Assembly: GCA_021735655.1 (NCBI GenBank)
Contig: JAIPGM010000002.1
Coordinates: 258,747 to 322,746, forward strand
DNA length: 64,000 nucleotides
From: Candidatus Omnitrophota bacterium
GTDB taxonomy: Bacteria; Omnitrophota; Gorgyraeia; Duberdicusellales; 4484-171
Direction of reading: 5' to 3'
Made by a program: the position numbers and the translations under genes. The notes below the pieces were generated by a model. The model was not told where the DNA came from. It worked only from the letters and a program-made list of their open reading frames with translations, and ran no database searches. Shown here piece after piece: positions 15,568-25,813 of the stretch; position 1 is the first letter of the stretch, and each line of letters opens with the position of its first letter.

Positions 15568-18288
15568 TTACTTTTTAGATTTAGTTTTCTTTTTTTGTCC
15601 GTTTTCCATTATTACTGCTTGAGCAGCAGCCAATTTGGCAATCGGCACTCGGTAAGGAGAGCAACTAACATAATTTAATCCGGCCTTGTGACAAAACTTA
15701 ACTGACTCAGAATCTCCGCCATGCTCTCCACAAATACCACATTTGAGCTTCTCATTGGTTGTTCGGCCTAAGCGTACTGCAGTTTTTACAAGTTGCCCGA
15801 CACCTTCTTGATCAATTGTTTGAAAAGGATCATCAGGTAAAATTTTCTTTTCGATGTATTCCGGAAGAAAAACTCCGGCATCATCGCGACTGTACCCGAA
15901 AGTCATCTGAGTAAGGTCATTTGTACCAAAAGAGAAAAATTCAGCTTTTTTGGCAACTCGGTCAGCAGTTAATGCTGCCCGAGGAATTTCAATCATTGTC
16001 CCAACCATATACTTTACCTTAGATTGCGATTTAGCAAGAACTTCCTCAGCAGTCTTACGAACGATTTCTTCTAAATATTCAAATTCATTAGTTGTTCCAA
16101 TAAGTGGGATCATGATTTCCGGAAGAACTTTTACCCCTTTCTTGGCCATGTTACAAGCAGCTTCGATAATCGCTGTTGTTTGCATAACACAAAGTTCAGG
16201 ATAAGTAATTGATAACCGACAACCACGATGACCAAGCATCGGATTTAACTCGTGTAATTTTTTAACCAACTCATTTACTTTTGCTGGTGTAATATCCAAG
16301 CGTTTTGCCATTTCCTTTTGCCCGGCCTCATCATTAGGTAAAAATTCATGTAATGGCGGATCAAGAAGTCGAATTGTTACCGGCAGACCATTCATCTCTT
16401 TAAAAATCCCTTCAAAGTCTTTTCTTTGAAAGGGAAGTAATTTCTTGAGTGCTGCCTCTCGGCCTTTCAAATCTTGAGCTAAAATAAACTCGCGCACAGC
16501 CCAAATTCTTTCTCCCTCAAAAAACATATGTTCGGTCCGGGTAAGCCCAATGCCTTCGGCGCCCAATTTCCGAGCTGCCGCTGAGTCTTTAGGGGTATCA
16601 GCATTGGTTCGAACATTAAGCTTTCGATATTGATCAGCCCAAGCCATTACCTGAACAAACATTTTGTAAATCGGGCTCTTTTTAGCAATTGGATTGTTCT
16701 CAACAACTCCGGCGATTACTGGACTCACCGTAGCTGTTACATCTCCGAGCATAACTTCTCCGGTTGATCCGTCCAAGGAAAGACAATCACCCTCGTTAAT
16801 TATAATATTGCCAACTGATATTTGTTTTTTAGCGTAGTTAATATTTAAAGCGCTACATCCAGCAATACAACATTTACCCCAACCTCTAGCAACTACAGCT
16901 GCATGGGAAGTCATTCCACCGGTTGAAGTCAATATTCCTTCGGCAGCATGCATTCCAGCCACATCTTCAGGAGAAGTTTCGTGACGGACAAGTATAACCT
17001 TTTTTCCTTTTTTCTTCCAAGCTTCGGCATCTTCAGCGGTAAATACGACTGATCCGGAAGCAGCCCCTGGTCCAGCCGGAAGGCCTTTAGCCACTCTTTG
17101 AGCTTTATTTTTAGCTGCGGGCTCAAAGATTGGAAAAAGAAGCTGATTGAGTTGGTCACCCTCAATCCGCATGATTGCTTCTTTCGGTGTAATCATTTTT
17201 TCTTGTACCATATCATAGGCAATCTTAACTGCCGCAAGCCCAGTACGCTTTCCAGTACGAGTCTGAAGCATAAATAGTCTGCCTTCCTGTATGGTGAATT
17301 CTACATCTTGTATATCTTTGTAGTGTTGTTCGAGTTTTTCCTTAATCGCATAAAGTTGTTTGTAAATTTTCGGCATTTCTGTTTTAAGGTCCTCTATCGG
17401 CTCAGGGGTTCTTATTCCAGCAACCACATCTTCACCTTGAGCATTAATAAGAAACTCGCCAAAGAATTTCTTTTCTCCATTTGAAGGATTACGAGTAAAA
17501 GCCACTCCAGTTCCCGAAGTATTACCCATATTTCCAAAAACCATAGCTTGAACATTAACTGCTGTTCCCAAGAGTCCGGTGATTTTATTTATTCTTCGAT
17601 AAATTACGGCTCGCTCAATATTCCAGGAAGCAAATACGGCATTAACTGCCGCCATTAATTGATCTTTTGCGTCAGTTGGAAATGCCTTCTTTACATGTTT
17701 TTTATACACATCTTTATACTCCGCAACCAACTCTTTAAGCTGTGCGGCGGTAAGATCATTGTCCTGCTTTGCTTTATATTTTTTCTTAATCAAGGTTAGT
17801 TTTTCTTCAAAATGTTCATGGTCAACACCCATAACTACATTTCCAAACATATCAATAAAACGTCGGTAAGCATCCCAAGCAAGACGTTCGTTACCAGTTT
17901 TCTTTGCTAGACCGATTACCGCAGCATCATTTAAGCCTAGATTAAGAACTGTATCCATCATTCCCGGCATTGAAACCGCGGCACCGCTGCGTACTGAAAC
18001 TAACAAAGGGTTATTAGAATCACCCAATTTTGCCTGCATGCTTTTTTCTAAATTGCTAATGTTAGCATCGATTTGTCTTTGCAAATCAGCTGGATATTTT
18101 TTTCCGTGTTTATTATAATAGTCGCAAACTTCAGTCGAAATCGTAAACCCCGGCGGCACCGGTACTCCGATGCTACACATTTCAGCCAAATTTGCACCTT
18201 TTCCACCAAGAATATTCTTCATTTTTGCATTACCATCAGATTTTTCCTTGCTGAAAAAATATACGTACTTTTTCTTCTTGTCAGCCAT
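15568..18288 (-). CDS. ppdK: Pyruvate, phosphate dikinase
   Basis: 906 aa with the ATP-grasp N-terminus ([10 protein letters not shown]), the phosphohistidine swivel motif ([13 protein letters not shown]) and the PEP-utilising C-terminal domain ([10 protein letters not shown]-like). Confidence 0.95.
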   Translation of the reverse strand: MADKKKKYVYFFSKEKSDGNAKMKNILGGKGANLAEMCSIGVPVPPGFTISTEVCDYYNKHGKKYPADLQRQIDANISNLEKSMQAKLGDSNNPLLVSVRSGAAVSMPGMMDTVLNLGLNDAAVIGLAKKTGNERLAWDAYRRFIDMFGNVVMGVDHEHFEEKLTLIKKKYKAKQDNDLTAAQLKELVAEYKDVYKKHVKKAFPTDAKDQLMAAVNAVFASWNIERAVIYRRINKITGLLGTAVNVQAMVFGNMGNTSGTGVAFTRNPSNGEKKFFGEFLINAQGEDVVAGIRTPEPIEDLKTEMPKIYKQLYAIKEKLEQHYKDIQDVEFTIQEGRLFMLQTRTGKRTGLAAVKIAYDMVQEKMITPKEAIMRIEGDQLNQLLFPIFEPAAKNKAQRVAKGLPAGPGAASGSVVFTAEDAEAWKKKGKKVILVRHETSPEDVAGMHAAEGILTSTGGMTSHAAVVARGWGKCCIAGCSALNINYAKKQISVGNIIINEGDCLSLDGSTGEVMLGDVTATVSPVIAGVVENNPIAKKSPIYKMFVQVMAWADQYRKLNVRTNADTPKDSAAARKLGAEGIGLTRTEHMFFEGERIWAVREFILAQDLKGREAALKKLLPFQRKDFEGIFKEMNGLPVTIRLLDPPLHEFLPNDEAGQKEMAKRLDITPAKVNELVKKLHELNPMLGHRGCRLSITYPELCVMQTTAIIEAACNMAKKGVKVLPEIMIPLIGTTNEFEYLEEIVRKTAEEVLAKSQSKVKYMVGTMIEIPRAALTADRVAKKAEFFSFGTNDLTQMTFGYSRDDAGVFLPEYIEKKILPDDPFQTIDQEGVGQLVKTAVRLGRTTNEKLKCGICGEHGGDSESVKFCHKAGLNYVSCSPYRVPIAKLAAAQAVIMENGQKKKTKSKK

Positions 18289-18314
18289 TTTTAGCCTCTC
18301 CTTATTTTGCTGCT

Positions 18315-19646
18315 TTAACCTATTTTTGAAGTAATAAATCCAAGCAATTTATCAATTGAAAGTCTTTCCTGCTTCATGGTGTCGCGATCTCGAACTGTAA
18401 CACACTTATCAGTTAGACTATCAACGTCAACGGTTATACAAAACGGTGTACCAATCTCATCCTGCCTCCGGTAAAGTTTCCCGATCGCGCCGGTATCATC
18501 GTAGGTAGCAGGAACCTTATCTTTTATATCATAAAAAATATTTTTTGCAAGTTCAACTAGCTCGGCTTTATTCTTCAATAAAGGAAATATCGCCGCTGCA
18601 TATGGGGAAAGCTTCGGCTTTATCTTTAGAACCGTTCTAAGCTTACCTTTCACCTCTTCTTCATGGTAAGCATCGGAAATTATGGCGAAAAAGGTCCGAT
18701 CCACTCCAGCTGAAGGCTCAATCACAAAAGGAACTACCTTTTCTTTACTTAGTGGATCAAAAAAAGACAGTTCTTTTTTACTTACCCGAGCATGTTCAGA
18801 TAAATCAAAATCACCCCGGTTAGCTATACCTTCCAATTCGCTCCAACCAAAGGGAAAATTAAACTCAATATCGGTGCAAGCTTTAGCATAGTGAGCCAAC
18901 TCATCCTTTGCGTGCTCACGTAACCTTAAACTATCTTTTCTTAAGCCAATTTTATCAGTATAAAAACTCAAGCGATCGCTTACCCAATTTTTATATGAAT
19001 TATTAGCATCCTTGGGATAAACGAAATACTCTATTTCCATTTGTTCGAATTCTTTCATTCGAAAAATAAAACTACCGGTTGTAACCTCGTTACGAAAAGC
19101 CTTTCCGATTTGGGCAATACCTAAAGGGAGCTTTTTATGGGTAGTGTTTAAAACGTTAGCAAAGTTAACAAATATTCCTTGAGCAGTTTCCGGACGAAGA
19201 TAGCCATAGTAAGGATCGTCTTCGGTTGCGCTCATATTTGTTTTAAACATAAGATTAAAACTACGCGGTTTATTTTTAGTAGTATCTATCTTTTCGCTGC
19301 ATTCAGGACAAATATACAGATCCTCTTTACTCTTCTCCATTTTATCAATTCGGAAGCGTTTTTTACAACCTGGGCAATCGACCAAAGAATCAGTAAAACC
19401 TTCAAGATGGCCAGAGGCCCTAAACACATCCTCATGCATAATAATGCTGGAATCGAGACCAACAATATCTTCGCGGGAGTCAACATAGGTTTTCCACCAA
19501 ATGTCTTTTATCTTTTTTTTAAGACGAGCTCCCAATGGTCCATAGTCCCAAACACTGGAAAGCCCTCCATAGAGCTCAGAACCGCCAAAGATAAAGCCCC
19601 GGCGCTTACATAAAGAAACTATCTTAGATAAACGATCTTCAGCCAT
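18315..19646 (-). CDS. glyQS: Glycine--tRNA ligase (dimeric class II type)
   Basis: 443 aa. N-terminus [27 protein letters not shown], class II motifs (FRNE..., GVDR) and an anticodon-binding C-terminal domain. Confidence 0.9.
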   Translation of the reverse strand: MAEDRLSKIVSLCKRRGFIFGGSELYGGLSSVWDYGPLGARLKKKIKDIWWKTYVDSREDIVGLDSSIIMHEDVFRASGHLEGFTDSLVDCPGCKKRFRIDKMEKSKEDLYICPECSEKIDTTKNKPRSFNLMFKTNMSATEDDPYYGYLRPETAQGIFVNFANVLNTTHKKLPLGIAQIGKAFRNEVTTGSFIFRMKEFEQMEIEYFVYPKDANNSYKNWVSDRLSFYTDKIGLRKDSLRLREHAKDELAHYAKACTDIEFNFPFGWSELEGIANRGDFDLSEHARVSKKELSFFDPLSKEKVVPFVIEPSAGVDRTFFAIISDAYHEEEVKGKLRTVLKIKPKLSPYAAAIFPLLKNKAELVELAKNIFYDIKDKVPATYDDTGAIGKLYRRQDEIGTPFCITVDVDSLTDKCVTVRDRDTMKQERLSIDKLLGFITSKIG

Positions 19647-19714
19647 AAGGGTACAATTATACCTTAAAAATTGATTTTTTTAAGCATTATTTTGAAGTTC
19701 TAAAAGATGGGTTT

Positions 19715-20254
19715 TTACTTCTGCTTCCAGATATATTGGCCATTTTCCGGAACCTGAAACCACCAACCACTAGAGGCTCGATCGTAATCATCTTCCAAGA
19801 ACACCTTTCTTGTCTCGGAAATGCTAACCGAATTTCTGGTAGCGGTGTAGGTATATACAGCCTCACGGTCGAAATTCTCCTGAGCGATTAACTCAGCTGC
19901 ATCAGCCGGAGCGCCCTTGCGTGTCTCAAGCAAAGCGTTCTGATTTTCGCCAATAAATCCTTGATTAAAATAGCTCTCAACCTTTTGAGCCCTAGCTCTT
20001 CTTCTATCAATAATTGCCTGAATGTCGGCCGATAAATCAGAAGCATAGGCTTCAGCAAAGTTAAAAAGAGCATTAAATTTCTTTTCTTTATTACCATAAA
20101 TCTGATCGTTGATTGATTCAGCATCTTTAGCAACATGTTGATAAACATCAATTCGCATATTTATGTCGACTTTAATCGGATTTTTAGTCTCAACGCTTAC
20201 CTTAGCGCAACCGAACACAACTAAAGCTAACAAAATTAAACCAAGTTTCCTCAT
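19715..20254 (-). CDS. DUF1318/YdbL-like lipoprotein
   Basis: Lipobox (LVVFGC). The central segment GFIGENQNALLE....AAELIAQENFDREAVY resembles the YdbL family pattern (G.vGE...G.l...... v..EN.DR..lY). Confidence 0.55.
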   Translation of the reverse strand: MRKLGLILLALVVFGCAKVSVETKNPIKVDINMRIDVYQHVAKDAESINDQIYGNKEKKFNALFNFAEAYASDLSADIQAIIDRRRARAQKVESYFNQGFIGENQNALLETRKGAPADAAELIAQENFDREAVYTYTATRNSVSISETRKVFLEDDYDRASSGWWFQVPENGQYIWKQK

Positions 20255-21018
20255 TGAACACCTCCACCTTTTAATTCCTTCAATTTAGAACTTATATTTT
20301 TTATCCTCTGATCACTGTTTGGATGTGAACTTAGATAAAAAGGTGGCCTGGCCATCCCTTTATTTGCCTCCTTAAGCTTTTCGAATAAACTAATCGCTGC
20401 CCTAGGATCATACCCAGCATCTGAAACATAGTTAAAAGCTAAATTGTCAGCTTGTAACTCATCGCTTCTAGAATAGCCTTTTGCCACAAGACCAAACAAC
20501 TGATTAACTAACTGTTTTGCTTGAGCCTGATCAGGACTCCTTAAAAGGGTAGTCGCCAAGATGCTAAAGCCCAAAGTTGCCCCTAGTTTTTTCAAACTGT
20601 GTCGAGCAGAAATATGACCAATTTCATGAGCTAAAACAAAAGCTAACTCTGAGTCATCAACCGTATCTAATAAACCTTTATATATAAAGACATGCCCTCC
20701 GGGAATAGCCAAAGCATTCATTTGATCCTGATCAATGATATAAAACTTATAGTTAAGGTTGCTGCGATGACTCACCTTTGCTAAAGACACACCGATATCT
20801 TTAATATAATTGATTCGCTTCTGATCATCAAGAAGTTTATTTTCTTTAATAAATTCATTAGCCATGGCGTCGCCCCAGGAAATCTCTCCTTTTTCATCAA
20901 AAAGATACCATTCCTTTTTACCGGTTACCGGATTATAAACTGAGACACATCCAGTTGAGAAAATAATAAAAGTTAAAAAACCAAACCAACTAATCTTAAT
21001 CCAAAATTTGTATCTCAT
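20251..21018 (-). CDS. M48 family metallopeptidase lipoprotein (YcaL/LoiP-like)
   Basis: Signal peptide plus lipobox (FSTGC), an HEIGH zinc motif (LAHEIGHISARH) and a downstream SDELQAD motif. Confidence 0.8.
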   Translation of the reverse strand: MRYKFWIKISWFGFLTFIIFSTGCVSVYNPVTGKKEWYLFDEKGEISWGDAMANEFIKENKLLDDQKRINYIKDIGVSLAKVSHRSNLNYKFYIIDQDQMNALAIPGGHVFIYKGLLDTVDDSELAFVLAHEIGHISARHSLKKLGATLGFSILATTLLRSPDQAQAKQLVNQLFGLVAKGYSRSDELQADNLAFNYVSDAGYDPRAAISLFEKLKEANKGMARPPFYLSSHPNSDQRIKNISSKLKELKGGGVQ

Positions 21019-21757
21019 AAGGGGTATTCACAATAATTTCCGGACCATTATACTCTCTAATTCGGCCGGAAACTTCAACTATTTTATTTCGATAAAAAGT
21101 TATAGGATCTATCTTCTGTTGAGTAAACGCACTAAAAGCGTTGTTAAAAATAACTACAGTGAAATCATGCTTATAGTCACCGCCGAAATTTAAGAATAGA
21201 CACTTAGACGATTTGTAGGTACTGAGAACTCTTCCCCGAACAGTCCTTATTTGACCAATATATTTATAAGCCTGTTCCTGGTCTATAACTTCGTAGCTTT
21301 CCCAAAGCCCTTGTTTTTTTGCCCGGGCTTGCTTTTGTAAGCTAACAAATTTATCGACATATTTTACATTAGGTGGATAGGTGTAAAGCACCGCCAACCC
21401 TTCTTGAATCAATTTAGCATTAACGAAAGTATCTCCGATAAAGCAATAGCCTAGTAGTCGACCGTACTTATCCTGTTTTTCTAAATCAAACTCTATTCTT
21501 ACAGCCTTTCCCTCTACTAATTTTCGGTTATATTCTGTAGCTTCTAACGAAAAAGGTTGAGGATCGTAGATAAATTTTCCATCTTTTTTGCTTCGTACTT
21601 CAGGAGTATCAAGTCCGATATAACGCAAAAGTTTCCCGTTAGAAAGCTTGATCGTATCACCATCAATAACTTTTGAAACAAAGATTTGTGAATAATCCGT
21701 AGGAATTCCCGTGCAGGCAATTAAAAAAAGGGCTAAAAAAAGAAGTTTTTTCTTCAC
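20996..21757 (-). CDS. Thermonuclease (SNase-like) lipoprotein with a C-terminal OB-fold domain
   Basis: Lipobox (LIAC). SNase motifs VIDGDTIKL...RYIGLDTPE...YGRLLGY. The C-terminal ~90 aa is OB-like (RTVRGRVLS...VEVSGRIREYNGPEI). Confidence 0.75.
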   Translation of the reverse strand: MKKKLLFLALFLIACTGIPTDYSQIFVSKVIDGDTIKLSNGKLLRYIGLDTPEVRSKKDGKFIYDPQPFSLEATEYNRKLVEGKAVRIEFDLEKQDKYGRLLGYCFIGDTFVNAKLIQEGLAVLYTYPPNVKYVDKFVSLQKQARAKKQGLWESYEVIDQEQAYKYIGQIRTVRGRVLSTYKSSKCLFLNFGGDYKHDFTVVIFNNAFSAFTQQKIDPITFYRNKIVEVSGRIREYNGPEIIVNTPYEIQILD

Positions 21758-22125
21758 TATAAGTCTTCAACAATCTTAAAAAAGACTTTTTGTGCAAGCT
21801 GTGGCTTAGGAAGGAAATTTCTTCGAGCAGAAACCTTTAAGCGTTGACTCTCAGGAGTAAGCGTATTTATCTTTATCACTACGCTGTGATCAGAAACTTT
21901 AGCCTTAATCATCCCCTTAGATTCATTAACAACTAATATTTCTGCCTCCATCACCTCTAGGGTATCTAAACAAATATCCCAAAGTATCCGGTATTCACTT
22001 TTTACAGTACCATTGGCTGAATCATTGCTTATGCCATAACCGGTAACTACTCCGGCAGCAATCAAGGCCGGTACGCATCCGGCTAACAACAATATACCCA
22101 CCATTAGGGAAATTATATTTTTCAT
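21757..22125 (-). CDS. Small lipoprotein (DUF3568-like)
   Basis: 122 aa with a lipobox (LLAGC). Its length and pattern are similar to DUF3568 lipoproteins. This is a weak family call. Confidence 0.5.
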   Translation of the reverse strand: MKNIISLMVGILLLAGCVPALIAAGVVTGYGISNDSANGTVKSEYRILWDICLDTLEVMEAEILVVNESKGMIKAKVSDHSVVIKINTLTPESQRLKVSARRNFLPKPQLAQKVFFKIVEDL

Positions 22126-22198
22126 AATTTATTCTCTTTCGTATTTACTATACCAAATATTTTTTTCTTTTGCAAGCTATAATCATAAAATATCTCAC

Positions 22199-22834
22199 TC
22201 ATTCGATGATGACCTTTAAATGCTTAAGGCTTTTAATAAGTTGCTGATGATTTTCAAATTGAATACAGTTAAGTCCAAGTTTGCTTGCCTCAATTATTAA
22301 ATCCTGACGATCGTCAATATAGATTATGTCTGAAAACCGGGCCCCAGAGATATTGCTTAAAGTCTGATAGATCTTAAGTTCTGGTTTAACTGATTTAACT
22401 TCATAAGACAAAATCAACCGATCAAAAAGAGAAAATACCTGTTTGTATTCTTGGTAAAGATATTCAAAATGAAGCTGATTAATATTAGAAATTAGATATA
22501 AAGGATATTGACCTTTAAGTAACTTAACTAATTCAATAGTCTCAGTAATCGGTGAAAATATTTTACACCAAACATCAACAAATTCAGAATAAGAAAAATT
22601 AATACCGAATTCATCACAAAAGTTCTTATGGAACTGCTCGCCGGAAACTAGACCTTTTTCAAAAGGAATAGTAAAGTTTTTATCATAAAGCGAATAAATA
22701 ACCTCTGAAATAGACAACTTCATCCTGTCTTTAATCTTATTCAGAGCTAAAGTATAGTCAAACTTAAAAAGAACATTGCCGAGGTCAAAAGCTAAAATTT
22801 TACTTTTATTTTCCATAGTACAGTTTTTCAGCAC
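22199..22834 (-). CDS. HAD-superfamily hydrolase
   Basis: Motif I DLGNV (FDLGNVLF), the conserved S/T motif (LISNIN) and a DD motif (YIDDRQDL). Confidence 0.7.
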   Translation of the reverse strand: MLKNCTMENKSKILAFDLGNVLFKFDYTLALNKIKDRMKLSISEVIYSLYDKNFTIPFEKGLVSGEQFHKNFCDEFGINFSYSEFVDVWCKIFSPITETIELVKLLKGQYPLYLISNINQLHFEYLYQEYKQVFSLFDRLILSYEVKSVKPELKIYQTLSNISGARFSDIIYIDDRQDLIIEASKLGLNCIQFENHQQLIKSLKHLKVIIE

Positions 22835-23738
22835 TGATAATAAGACTTTTTTTGGCCTCGAAATGAGGCTTAAATCCTAAAGATTCTATCCTTTTTAAGC
22901 TGTATATTCGATCTTTCAAAAAAAAGCTAATTTTTTTACCTATACCTGGTAAATTAAGCAATAAAAGTTCGGTTAATTTAAAAAGCCTGCCCGGAGGTTT
23001 TGCGCCTATCCCCTTTGCCAAGGCTTTGAAGATATCTTTAACCCTTAGGGCTTCTTTATCGGCAACAAAAAAAGAACCTTTTAAGAATTCATCACTCTCT
23101 AAGCAAAACAGCATCGCCGAAACAACATTTTCAACATAAGCAAGATGAAGTATATTTTCTCCTTGATTAATTAAAGGCAGAAGCCTTGCCTTAAGCAACT
23201 TGAGTAGAAATTTTAAAGCATGGGGCTCATCCTCGCCATAAACTATTGGCGGTCGGAGTATGGTTATGGCTAAGCCTTTATTTCGAAATTCCAAAGCAAC
23301 TTTTTCAGCCTCAATTTTAGACTCACCATAAGCATTAGTAGCTGCGAAAGGTAAATCTTCCCTCAAGGGAAGTTCAGTATTTCCGCTAATAACGGCAACC
23401 GAGCTCAAGTATACCAACCTCGACACTCGATGCTCTAGGCAAATATCACAAACATTCCTTGTGCCTTGAACATTAACCTGGTGCAGTTTTTTAATATTTT
23501 TATTCTCAACATAGGCTGCACAATGAAAAGCAAGGTCAATCTTATACCCTTTAAGCTTAGCTAACGACTTTTTATCGGTGATATCGCCATAAATAAGCTG
23601 AGCCCCTAACCCTTCAAGTAATTTTGCTTTTTTCGGATTACGAACAAAACAAAAAACATCATATTTTTTATGATGTAGCAACTCACGTACTAGATGTCGC
23701 CCGATAAATCCAGTTGCCCCAGTAACTAATACATTCAT
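22806..23738 (-). CDS. NAD-dependent epimerase/dehydratase family (extended SDR)
   Basis: The N-terminal Rossmann motif VLVTGATGFIGRHL, and YGESK as the YxxxK catalytic motif. Confidence 0.8.
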   Translation of the reverse strand: MNVLVTGATGFIGRHLVRELLHHKKYDVFCFVRNPKKAKLLEGLGAQLIYGDITDKKSLAKLKGYKIDLAFHCAAYVENKNIKKLHQVNVQGTRNVCDICLEHRVSRLVYLSSVAVISGNTELPLREDLPFAATNAYGESKIEAEKVALEFRNKGLAITILRPPIVYGEDEPHALKFLLKLLKARLLPLINQGENILHLAYVENVVSAMLFCLESDEFLKGSFFVADKEALRVKDIFKALAKGIGAKPPGRLFKLTELLLLNLPGIGKKISFFLKDRIYSLKRIESLGFKPHFEAKKSLIISAEKLYYGK

Positions 23739-24703
23739 AGCCCCTCTATTTCTCCTTGACGTTGGGTAAGAATTTTATTTATTTTCTGCATATCAACTTC
23801 AGATATTGTCCAACCTAAGCCACCTAAGTTATCTTTAACTTGTTCTAAGTTCCGCATACCAACGATAGTTGAAGTAACCCCCTTCTGGCTAAAATTCCAA
23901 TTTATCGCTAGTTGAGTTAATGTCTTTTTGTAATTAACGGCAATGGTTTTTAACTGACTAAGTGCTTCTTTATTTATCGAAAAAAGCGGTTCTCGCAAAT
24001 GTCTTTTTTTCATTTTTCTATTAGTATCATTAGGAATTGAAACCTTATCGAAAAAAAACTTACCAGTTAATAAACCACTATAAAGCGGTGCGTAAGCTAT
24101 TACCGCTATATTATTTTTTAGACAAAATGGAATGATCTCCTCTTCGATACCACGATTAAACATGCTGTATTCGGGTTGTAAACAATGTAGTGGTGCATAT
24201 TTCATAAATTCGCGCATTTGAGCAACTGAATGATTACTTACACCAATGGATTTGATAATTCTCCGTTGATATAATTCATAGATCACCTCGGCGGTTTCGC
24301 CAATCGGTATATTAGAATCAGGCCAATGGACTTGGTAAAGATCAAAATAATCAGTTTCAAGACGTTTACGTGATATATCTACCTCTTCTAAAATCCTTTT
24401 TTTACTAAGATTATGTAAAATCTTTGGCCCTTCCCAGGAAAGACCGACTTTAGTAGCCAAAACTACCCTTTCACGAAGTTTCCTTTTTCTAATAAAAGCT
24501 CCGATGATCCTTTCTGAACGACCCTTACCATATATCGGCGCAGTATCAATAAGCGTAATGCCACTAGAAATAGCTTTATCTAAAACCGCTACTGAGTTAG
24601 CATCTTCCTGAGGCCCCCACCAACTATCGCCGCCAAAAGACCAAGTGCCTAAAGATATTGGTAAAATAGCTTGATCCAATCCTTTTATTTTTCGATAATC
24701 CAT
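23735..24703 (-). CDS. Aldo/keto reductase
   Basis: 322 aa with typical AKR motifs (GTWSFGG, IDTAPIYGKGRSE, DLYQVHWPD, GVSN). Confidence 0.85.
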   Translation of the reverse strand: MDYRKIKGLDQAILPISLGTWSFGGDSWWGPQEDANSVAVLDKAISSGITLIDTAPIYGKGRSERIIGAFIRKRKLRERVVLATKVGLSWEGPKILHNLSKKRILEEVDISRKRLETDYFDLYQVHWPDSNIPIGETAEVIYELYQRRIIKSIGVSNHSVAQMREFMKYAPLHCLQPEYSMFNRGIEEEIIPFCLKNNIAVIAYAPLYSGLLTGKFFFDKVSIPNDTNRKMKKRHLREPLFSINKEALSQLKTIAVNYKKTLTQLAINWNFSQKGVTSTIVGMRNLEQVKDNLGGLGWTISEVDMQKINKILTQRQGEIEGL

Positions 24704-24717
24704 ATTTATTTTTTAAT

Positions 24718-25638
24718 TTAAATTTTTATCTTAATGCCGTCGGCAATAACTGTTGGTTTTAAAAAAACAAAATCCAAATGAGACGGGCAACTTACACGGC
24801 CACCAAAAGATTTATTATTGCCAAAGGCAATGTGAGCAGTGCCCAAACTCTTCTCATCTTCAAGAATGCTTCCAGTTACCTTCGCCTTAGGATTAAGACC
24901 AATGCCCAATTCAGCGACGTTAAGAATCTTTCTACCGTATAAATGCACTAAAGGCCTCATCTTTGCTATCGGAACATTCTCAGCATAACCATTTTTTATT
25001 TTTATTTTAAGCGACTTTTTTAATTTACCAAGAAATGGAGCACTGCCATCAATAACTAACTGCCCATTAGCAGTTCCCTCTAGAGGACTAATACAAGCCT
25101 CACCGGCCGGTAAATTTCCGAAAGCACCGGATTTTATATATAAGCCGTTATCACTAAAACCGCGCCGACCCTTAACTGACATTGTTAAATGAGTTCCGGC
25201 TTCAGTGTAGACTTCAATCTTTTTTGCTTTAGTCAAAGAATTGGCTAACTTTGTTGTTTTTTTTGCCAAATTTGAATAATTAAGACAAATAGCGCGATTA
25301 AGCATCGCCAGAGTTACCCCCGGAAGACTCCCAATGCGCGTCCCATACTTTTTAGAAGCAATTTTACGAGCCTTAGTGTGAGAAAGGGACATCGAAGTAA
25401 ATAACAATGCGGCATCGGCTTTCTTTAAGGCTTCAGCGACCACAGCCGGAGGTTCTTGGCCGTGCATTTGGCGAGGTTTAATCAAAAAACAACTGCTTTC
25501 TATCCCTTGTGACTGCGCTAAACGATAGAACTCATAAGCAAGTTTACAAAGCTTATCATCACACACAATCAAAAGCTCTTCTGATTTTCTCAAACCAAGA
25601 CATTTTCTCGTTATGGTTTTGACGATTTGCTTTTTCAC
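24718..25638 (-). CDS. Aminopeptidase, M29/AmpS-like (thermophilic metalloprotease family)
   Basis: The pattern LIVCDD...., GNLPAGE, GTAHIAFG...HLDFV resembles M29-type aminopeptidases. Start moved to the GTG at 25638, because the tracked 5' extension overlaps a better-supported small lipoprotein gene in another frame. Confidence 0.6.
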   Translation of the reverse strand: MKKQIVKTITRKCLGLRKSEELLIVCDDKLCKLAYEFYRLAQSQGIESSCFLIKPRQMHGQEPPAVVAEALKKADAALLFTSMSLSHTKARKIASKKYGTRIGSLPGVTLAMLNRAICLNYSNLAKKTTKLANSLTKAKKIEVYTEAGTHLTMSVKGRRGFSDNGLYIKSGAFGNLPAGEACISPLEGTANGQLVIDGSAPFLGKLKKSLKIKIKNGYAENVPIAKMRPLVHLYGRKILNVAELGIGLNPKAKVTGSILEDEKSLGTAHIAFGNNKSFGGRVSCPSHLDFVFLKPTVIADGIKIKI

Positions 25639-25649
25639 TAAATTTAGTG

Positions 25650-25772
25650 TTAGTCGAAGGCTTGAGAAATGCCGTAGGCTGCAGCAGCTGAGATGCCGGC
25701 TCCGATAAGAGCGCAACCCTGCATAAGCGGTAATAATACTAAAATTGAAATGATAACAATTCTTTTAATCAT
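25650..25772 (-). CDS. Small lipoprotein (40 aa), not in the ORF track
   Basis: An AAAGGAGG Shine-Dalgarno sequence lies 8 nt upstream of the ATG at 25772. Translation is MIKRIVIISILVLLPLMQGCALIGAGISAAAAYGISQAFD*, with a classic signal peptide, a lipobox (LMQGC) and a Gly/Ala-zipper tail. Confidence 0.5.
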   Translation of the reverse strand: MIKRIVIISILVLLPLMQGCALIGAGISAAAAYGISQAFD

Positions 25773-25813
25773 CCTCTTTTCCTCCTTTAAATAATTATAT
25801 CACAAGATATGCT

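Noticed and set aside
25790-25813. A TCACAA half-site upstream of the HydG-like gene, considered as a possible second Rex box.
   Set aside because: The partner half reads TTTAAA instead of TTGTGA, so there is no palindrome. The site also lies downstream of the HydG-like stop, so it could not control that gene.
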